A stretch of 64,000 bases of DNA from Trueperaceae bacterium (GTDB lineage Bacteria; Deinococcota; Deinococci; Deinococcales; Trueperaceae): assembly GCA_965213705.1 (NCBI GenBank), contig OZ243913.1, positions 864,001 through 928,000 on the forward strand, given 5' to 3'. The notes under the pieces were generated by a model. It did no database searches. It was not told the origin of the DNA and saw only the letters and a list, made by a program, of their open reading frames with translations. Made by a program: the position numbers and the translations under genes. This document shows positions 59,077 to 64,000 of the stretch, one piece after another. Every line of letters starts with the position of its first letter. The first letter of the stretch is position 1.

Positions 59077-59949
59077 CTACTCCCCCGCCAAATACCGAAT
59101 AATCTCCTGATAAATCTCCGGGTTGGCCGCGTCCTCGCCGTCGGCCTCGATGGTCGGGTTGTCGTTCACCTCGATGACGTAAAACTCGCCGTCGATTTCT
59201 TTCAAGTCCACGCCGTATAAACTCTTGCCGACGGCGTCGGCGGCTGCCAGCGCGACGGACACAAGCTTAGGGTTGGCCTCGTCGCGCGGCACGGCTATTA
59301 CTTGCGCCCACTCGCCTTCTTTGCCGCGCTCCATCAGTTTCCACTTGTCCTGCACAAACACGTAGCGGATAACCGCGAGCAACTTGCCGTCCAGCGTCAG
59401 CACGCGCCAGTCGAACTCGCTTGGTAAATACTGCTGCACGACGAGGCGGTCGGCGCGGCGCAGGAACTTTCTCCCGGTTTTGACGAACCCTTCGGGCGTG
59501 GTCACTTTGTCGACGTAGTTCGAAAAGCTCGAGTTCGGCGCTTTCAAGACCAGCGGCGTGCCGAGCGCCTCGAACAGCTCCCCGGCGTTTTCGCGCGTCA
59601 CCTCGGGGTCGTTCAAAAAGCGCGTCTCCGGCACGGGCACGTTGCTAGCCATGAGCCGCGCGTACATGTTCACCTTGTCGCAGCAAATGCGAATCGACTC
59701 GCTGTGGTCGAGCACGCGCAGCCCGCGCAGTTCGGCCATGCGCGCGACCGCATAGGAGGCGTTGCGCGGGTCGGTGAGGGCGCGGATGAAGACGCCGTCG
59801 TAGTTTGACAGGTACTTCAACTCGTTTTTAAACAGAAAGTCGAGCCCGTGCCCAAGCTCGAACGCCGCTATTCGAAAGTTCGACAGCGCGGTGAGTTCGA
59901 CCGACGAGCGAATCGTGTAGCGCTCGGTGTAGATGGCTAGCTTTGCCAC
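59077..59949 (-). CDS. RimK-family ATP-grasp ligase
   Basis: CCDKVNM, PLVLKAP.SSFS, VQQYLPSEFDWRV, YGVDLKE, VIEVNDNP. Confidence 0.9.
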   Translation of the reverse strand: MAKLAIYTERYTIRSSVELTALSNFRIAAFELGHGLDFLFKNELKYLSNYDGVFIRALTDPRNASYAVARMAELRGLRVLDHSESIRICCDKVNMYARLMASNVPVPETRFLNDPEVTRENAGELFEALGTPLVLKAPNSSFSNYVDKVTTPEGFVKTGRKFLRRADRLVVQQYLPSEFDWRVLTLDGKLLAVIRYVFVQDKWKLMERGKEGEWAQVIAVPRDEANPKLVSVALAAADAVGKSLYGVDLKEIDGEFYVIEVNDNPTIEADGEDAANPEIYQEIIRYLAGE

Positions 59950-60518
59950 GGCTCGAGTCCCTCCAGCAGCTTTTTCTCGTTCAGGGTGAGGCTGTCGAAG
60001 GGCAGCGGCTCGAGGGCGGACAACAAGTAGTTTGTAGCGCTCACGATGACCCGGACCCGCATCAGGGGCAGCCGGAACACGCCAAACACCTCGGCGGCGA
60101 GGTCGCGGTACTCTTCGGTTAAGCACTTGCCGAGCACGCAGCGCGCCACGTCGACGCGGTAGTCCCCCGTCAATCTTTGACAAATCACCGCGTACTTGCC
60201 GCTCATGGTGAGGGCCTTGCGCCGCTGTTTGAGCGTGTCCTTGTCACTGACGAGTTCGCCCTGGTCCATAAACGGGTTGATGGGGTAGGCCAGCACGGGC
60301 GGCGGCAACAATTTTTCGGTGACGATTTCGTAGTCCGGCACGGCCAAACCCGCGGCCCGCGCCTTTTCCATCGCGATGGGCACCACGTAAGCGTCGAGCG
60401 CGTCTTGGGTCGTCGGGATGATGCTCAAGCCTGCGAGTTCGGCGTCGAGCGAGTCGTAGTAGCCGCTGAGCAGGTAGCTGTAGTCGCCGGACAAGTTGAC
60501 GTGCGTCACGTCCTTCAT
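59937..60518 (-). CDS. RimK-like ATP-grasp N-terminal (RLAN) domain protein
   Basis: VNLSGDYSYL.SGYY.SL.AE motif; overlaps the ligase start. Confidence 0.8.
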   Translation of the reverse strand: MKDVTHVNLSGDYSYLLSGYYDSLDAELAGLSIIPTTQDALDAYVVPIAMEKARAAGLAVPDYEIVTEKLLPPPVLAYPINPFMDQGELVSDKDTLKQRRKALTMSGKYAVICQRLTGDYRVDVARCVLGKCLTEEYRDLAAEVFGVFRLPLMRVRVIVSATNYLLSALEPLPFDSLTLNEKKLLEGLEPWQS

Positions 60519-60578
60519 GCCGTCCGGGCTGTGCTTGTAAATCAGGGTCGGGCTCAGACCATCACCTCAGCAAAAAGA

Positions 60579-60644
60579 AAGTACCGAGTACCGAGTGAAA
60601 AGTATCGGGTAAAAAGCGGCAAGACCAAAGAATCATACTCGGTT
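60579..60644. repeat. Heptamer (GTACCGA-type) array
   Basis: gtaccgagtaccgagtgaaaagtatcgggt...actcggt. Confidence 0.75.
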
Positions 60645-60886
60645 TCTCGCGCTTTGCAAAACCAGCAAGGTCATCACCCCGAAAGCGAGCATCACGTAAA
60701 TCCAAGCTGAGAGCGGCGAACGGCAGCCGCAAGGGAACGACGAGACCGACAAACCCAATATTCCGAGGCTGTTGAAAAGGCTCGAGCCACCTTGACCGAG
60801 CGTCGCTGACATTCGGGGCTTGGGGCGAGGGGCTCGAGGTTAGCAGGAAAAGTTTTTTGTTGAGCCGCCCGTTGTTTTCAAAAGCT

Positions 60887-61102
60887 TTATAATCTTTCAC
60901 GCCCTTCGCGGATTAGCTCAACAATTTCTTTAGTCGAAACACCTAAATCAATGCCCGCTACGTCAAGGGCGGAACGCTTGATTTTTTCCGGCTTGAGAAT
61001 AAACACTTGTCCGTCCAGCCGTCTAATCCGAACTTCACCTTCTTCACGGGCGCGCTCAAGCAAAACGGACAAACTTTCTTGGGTTTCCAGGTAGGTTTGC
61101 AT
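60887..61102 (-). CDS. Phd/YefM-like antitoxin
   Basis: LSVLLERAREEGEVRIRR.DGQVF; TAATG overlap with the upstream PIN gene. Confidence 0.7.
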   Translation of the reverse strand: MQTYLETQESLSVLLERAREEGEVRIRRLDGQVFILKPEKIKRSALDVAGIDLGVSTKEIVELIREGRERL

Positions 61103-61503
61103 TAGTCGGCCTCCCAAACTTCTACGCCCGCCGCTTTTGCCGCGTAAACTAAACCGCCGTCTAACGTCAGTAGCGGACAACTTCGGTTTAACGCGCAAAC
61201 AATCATATAAGCGTCATAGGCATAAACTTTGTGCCTGTCAACAATTTCCAAGGCTTGTTCTAAATCGACATCAACTAAGTCAACCGAAATTTGCCCGTAC
61301 ATTTCAACCGCCATCGCTGCTTGCTCCAGCGTAATGCGTCCGCGTTTGAGCATCGCCGAAAATGCGTTGCCGATTTCCCAGTACAACGAACGCGGCGCAA
61401 TCAAATCATAGCCTTGCGTTTTGGCAATCAGCAAAGGCTTCTCCGGTTCGTTAGCAATGACGGCGATAACGGTTGACGTATCTACGACTAAATCGTTGTT
61501 CAT
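61102..61503 (-). CDS. vapC: PIN-domain (VapC) toxin
   Basis: VVDTS, WEIGNA, YAYDAY, LLTLD acidic PIN residues. Confidence 0.9.
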   Translation of the reverse strand: MNNDLVVDTSTVIAVIANEPEKPLLIAKTQGYDLIAPRSLYWEIGNAFSAMLKRGRITLEQAAMAVEMYGQISVDLVDVDLEQALEIVDRHKVYAYDAYMIVCALNRSCPLLTLDGGLVYAAKAAGVEVWEAD

Positions 61504-61551
61504 GACTACACGAACGTAAGTTTAGCAAATATGTGTCTGAAGTGCCTGCTC

Positions 61552-62050
61552 ATACCCATTCCGGGTAATTCCCTAGTAAACTAAGCGGATGAACAAAGGC
61601 GGCAGACCCGGAATAGAATTGAAGGCGCAGCATAGCGTCGAGGAGCTTAAAGAGCACTTCAGAGCCTGCACGTGTGCGGTAGAAAGACGGCGCATCCAAG
61701 TGGTGTGGTGGCTGGTAGAAGGCCGCAGTCGCAAGGAGGCGACGGCACTTTCAGCGTATTCGAGCTTTAGTGTGTTGGACATCATCAAGCGCTATAACGA
61801 GCAAGGTTTGGAAGGACTCAAAGACCGCCGTCACGAGAATAGGGGTGCGCCCAGCTTACTGAGTGATGAAGAGCTACTGCGCCTAGCTCAGGTGCTGCGC
61901 AAAGACTACGCCGAGGGCAAAATCTGGAACGGACAAAAAGTGGTTGACTGGTTACAAGAAGCGTTGGGCAAAGACGTACATCTCAGCCGCGCTTACGAAC
62001 ACTTTGCAGCGACAGGGTTCAGCCTGCGAGCACCCCGACCCGCGCATGTC
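61552..62050 (+). mobile_element. IS630-family element remnant (left end plus HTH half of transposase)
   Basis: End ATACCCATTCCGG; ORF from 61589 with ERRRIQVVW, RYNEQG.EGLKDRR, FSLRAPRPAH; DDE domain absent. Confidence 0.8.
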
Positions 62051-62086
62051 AATGAGGACATCCGTGTCGATGAGCAACTCCGCCAT
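62045..62086 (-). pseudogene. VapC (PIN) toxin 5' fragment
   Basis: MAELLIDTDVLID directly after the antitoxin, then runs into IS630 sequence. Confidence 0.7.
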
Positions 62087-62100
62087 AAGCGTCTGCGCCT

Positions 62101-62334
62101 TTAGAATCTATCCCATTCAGTACGCAGTTCTTCAAAATTAGGCAAGTCTTGTCGCTCTTTCCAAATACCACGTGCCTGACGTAAAACCGCCAGACGAGTC
62201 TCGAGTTGGTGATGAGTCAAGAAGTGCTTAACGGCTTCGTGCAGTATTTCCTCTTGCGTCTTGCCCCTACTTTGGCTGAGAGCTTGAAGGGCTCGGCTTT
62301 CCGCTTCGCTCAAAGTGATTTGCGCTGTGGTCAT
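62101..62334 (-). CDS. Ribbon-helix-helix (CopG-like) antitoxin
   Basis: QITLSE.E..AL..L....GKTQ.E.L.EAV; ARGIWK.R.DLP...LR.EW. Confidence 0.75.
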   Translation of the reverse strand: MTTAQITLSEAESRALQALSQSRGKTQEEILHEAVKHFLTHHQLETRLAVLRQARGIWKERQDLPNFEELRTEWDRF

Positions 62335-62448
62335 GACGCACCTCTTTCCACAACCTATTTTACCATTCTGATGTGGAATTTGTAGCCGAACCGCGCGCAA
62401 GTGACAAAACGATTCAGCGTCCCTGGCAACACCTAGTTGTAGCGCCCA

Positions 62449-62736
62449 CTAATTACAGGTTAGAGTCTTGTTGAGATTTTGCGAAACAGTTGCTAGAGAA
62501 AGACCCGAGAAAAAGTTGCGCCATTGAGTAGGGGCAAGGAAACCCATACGTCCATTACCTGCATCCCAAACTGTAACAACTGTGCCAGCTAACCCCGCAG
62601 CGGTAGCACATTGCTGAAAGGAATCCTTAATCTGATTTCGCTCAGCATTAGTTTTAAAATTATAGTCTCTACTGAGGGGAATAATTATCATATTTTGACC
62701 CTGTTGATTCAAGTGGGCAATTTTAACCTGAGCCAT
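62449..62736 (-). CDS. Hypothetical protein (low GC)
   Basis: AAGGAG RBS; 95-aa ORF. Confidence 0.7.
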   Translation of the reverse strand: MAQVKIAHLNQQGQNMIIIPLSRDYNFKTNAERNQIKDSFQQCATAAGLAGTVVTVWDAGNGRMGFLAPTQWRNFFSGLSLATVSQNLNKTLTCN

Positions 62737-62918
62737 ATTGTCTCCTTCGACTTACAAAATCTGATAATCCACCTCTGCCATTTGAACAACTTAGCAGTTC
62801 AGAACATAGGTACAGAATACCTTAAATTTTAAGTATTTTGCAAATCTGGATGTTCACACAAACTTAAAGCGTGCGAGATTACCGTACAGCTCGGAAAAGA
62901 CTTCTTAACTTCGGTAAA

Positions 62919-63236
62919 TCAGGATGTGATGCTCTGTATAAGAACGCTTATATCGGTATTAGTTTCATGCTTTACCCTCTCGAGTATGTAATAGGCTGGA
63001 GTCACTTCCTGCTCTATTTTACCACTTAGATAAGGAATCATTACCGTTCTTTGTGTATTTCCTACTGCAAGGCGAAACCCATTCCCACCAAAAAAATTCA
63101 GTACATCGTGAAAAGTGTAATGCTTACTCATTGTAACTCCATTTATTTTTGAGCTAACCGTTTCATCAGTATGTCCGCTACCCAAAGCCATACCGTAGCG
63201 AATAACAATGAACTCATATGTGAGTTTGTCACTCAT
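62919..63236 (-). CDS. Hypothetical protein (low GC)
   Basis: Open frame in AT-rich DNA; start uncertain (63236 or 63275). Confidence 0.55.
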   Translation of the reverse strand: MSDKLTYEFIVIRYGMALGSGHTDETVSSKINGVTMSKHYTFHDVLNFFGGNGFRLAVGNTQRTVMIPYLSGKIEQEVTPAYYILERVKHETNTDISVLIQSITS

Positions 63237-63403
63237 TTGATTCCATAGTCCTTTCCCAACAACTGTATTCAACAACTAAAGAAATGTTTGACCTAATTAT
63301 TCCTCCTTTTTGAGGTATGCAGTTCGTGTTCTGTAACTTGAAACTGCCCCTAGGGTTTCTGACCAACCTTTTATCGACTCACTCTAGTAGGAGTGATTTG
63401 CGT

Positions 63404-64000
63404 TTACGTGTACTCCTGCATCAATTCCCTGAGCGCTTGTTGGCTCGGCCGCAGTTGCCCCTCATTCAAGCTCGCCAGCGGCGTCTCGGTCAGGTGACTC
63501 ACCTCGGCAAGATTCGGCCGGCTGTCGTCAAAATAAATCAATCCCGTGATAAATTCACCCGTGTCGTTGGCGCGCTGCAAGCGCTCCATCGCCGCTAACT
63601 TATTCGTCGGGTCGAAGTCGTGCTCGAGCTTGCGCAAGGAAATTCTCGAGCCGTCGTGCAGGTCGACCACTTTCAACTCGCCGGGGTCGTAGTCGCCGAT
63701 GGTGATTTCTTCGGCGAAAGGCACGTAGCCGATGTCTTGCAGCGGTTGCTCGTTTTTCATGCCGTAGCTGTAGCTTTTGGGCGAGGCGTCGTCGTTGTTG
63801 AAAGCCACGCACGGGGAAATAATGTCGAGCACCGCCGTCCCCCGGTGCGACAGCGCCGCCTTGAGGAGTTCCCGCACCTGTTTCGCGTCGCCCGCGAAGC
63901 TCCGCGCCACGAAGCCGCAACCGGCAATCAAAGCCTCCATGCACACGTCGATTTGCGGAAAATCGTTGTGGCCCGCATATTTCAGTTCTAAGTCTTGCTC
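63404..64000 (-). CDS. 2-oxoacid:ferredoxin oxidoreductase beta subunit, C-terminal part; truncated by window end
   Basis: GFVARSFAGD, ALSHRG.AVLDIISPCVAFN, ITGLIY. Confidence 0.88.
   Translation of the reverse strand, partial: EQDLELKYAGHNDFPQIDVCMEALIAGCGFVARSFAGDAKQVRELLKAALSHRGTAVLDIISPCVAFNNDDASPKSYSYGMKNEQPLQDIGYVPFAEEITIGDYDPGELKVVDLHDGSRISLRKLEHDFDPTNKLAAMERLQRANDTGEFITGLIYFDDSRPNLAEVSHLTETPLASLNEGQLRPSQQALRELMQEYT

Overview
A 64 kb GC-rich bacterial chromosomal segment, most consistent with Deinococcota (Truepera-like). The support is gene content (WAGG-repeat subtilase, TPR-HD-GYP protein, dnaJ-hspR), many leaderless genes with a TANNNT box 6-8 nt before the start codon, Deinococcus SNR-like repeats and abundant CTCGAG. 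Most of the window is housekeeping and metabolic: trmL, ypdA, nth, pyrH, pilC, metG, nadE-nadD, glpKD, speD, malEFG, dprA, cysS, dnaJ-hspR and four tRNAs (Asp, Phe, Thr, Cys). The right end (~53-63.4 kb) is accessory, with intact and broken toxin-antitoxin pairs, an IS630 remnant and low-GC orphans. Most notable: (1) a eukaryote-type (NADSYN1/Qns1-like) glutamine-dependent NAD synthetase in a bacterial NAD cluster; (2) a DTK-motif microbial rhodopsin that lacks the proteorhodopsin His and has a Gly at the putative carotenoid-antenna position; (3) five modular SNR-like repeats whose termini match the end of the IS630 remnant in this window; (4) a dispersed family of heptamer-based inverted arrays; (5) a candidate leaderless Met leader peptide plus terminator upstream of metG; (6) a non-canonical pyrH flanked by a duplicated nth 5' end. 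No CRISPR array or rRNA was seen. All family assignments come from motif recognition by eye; no database searches were run.
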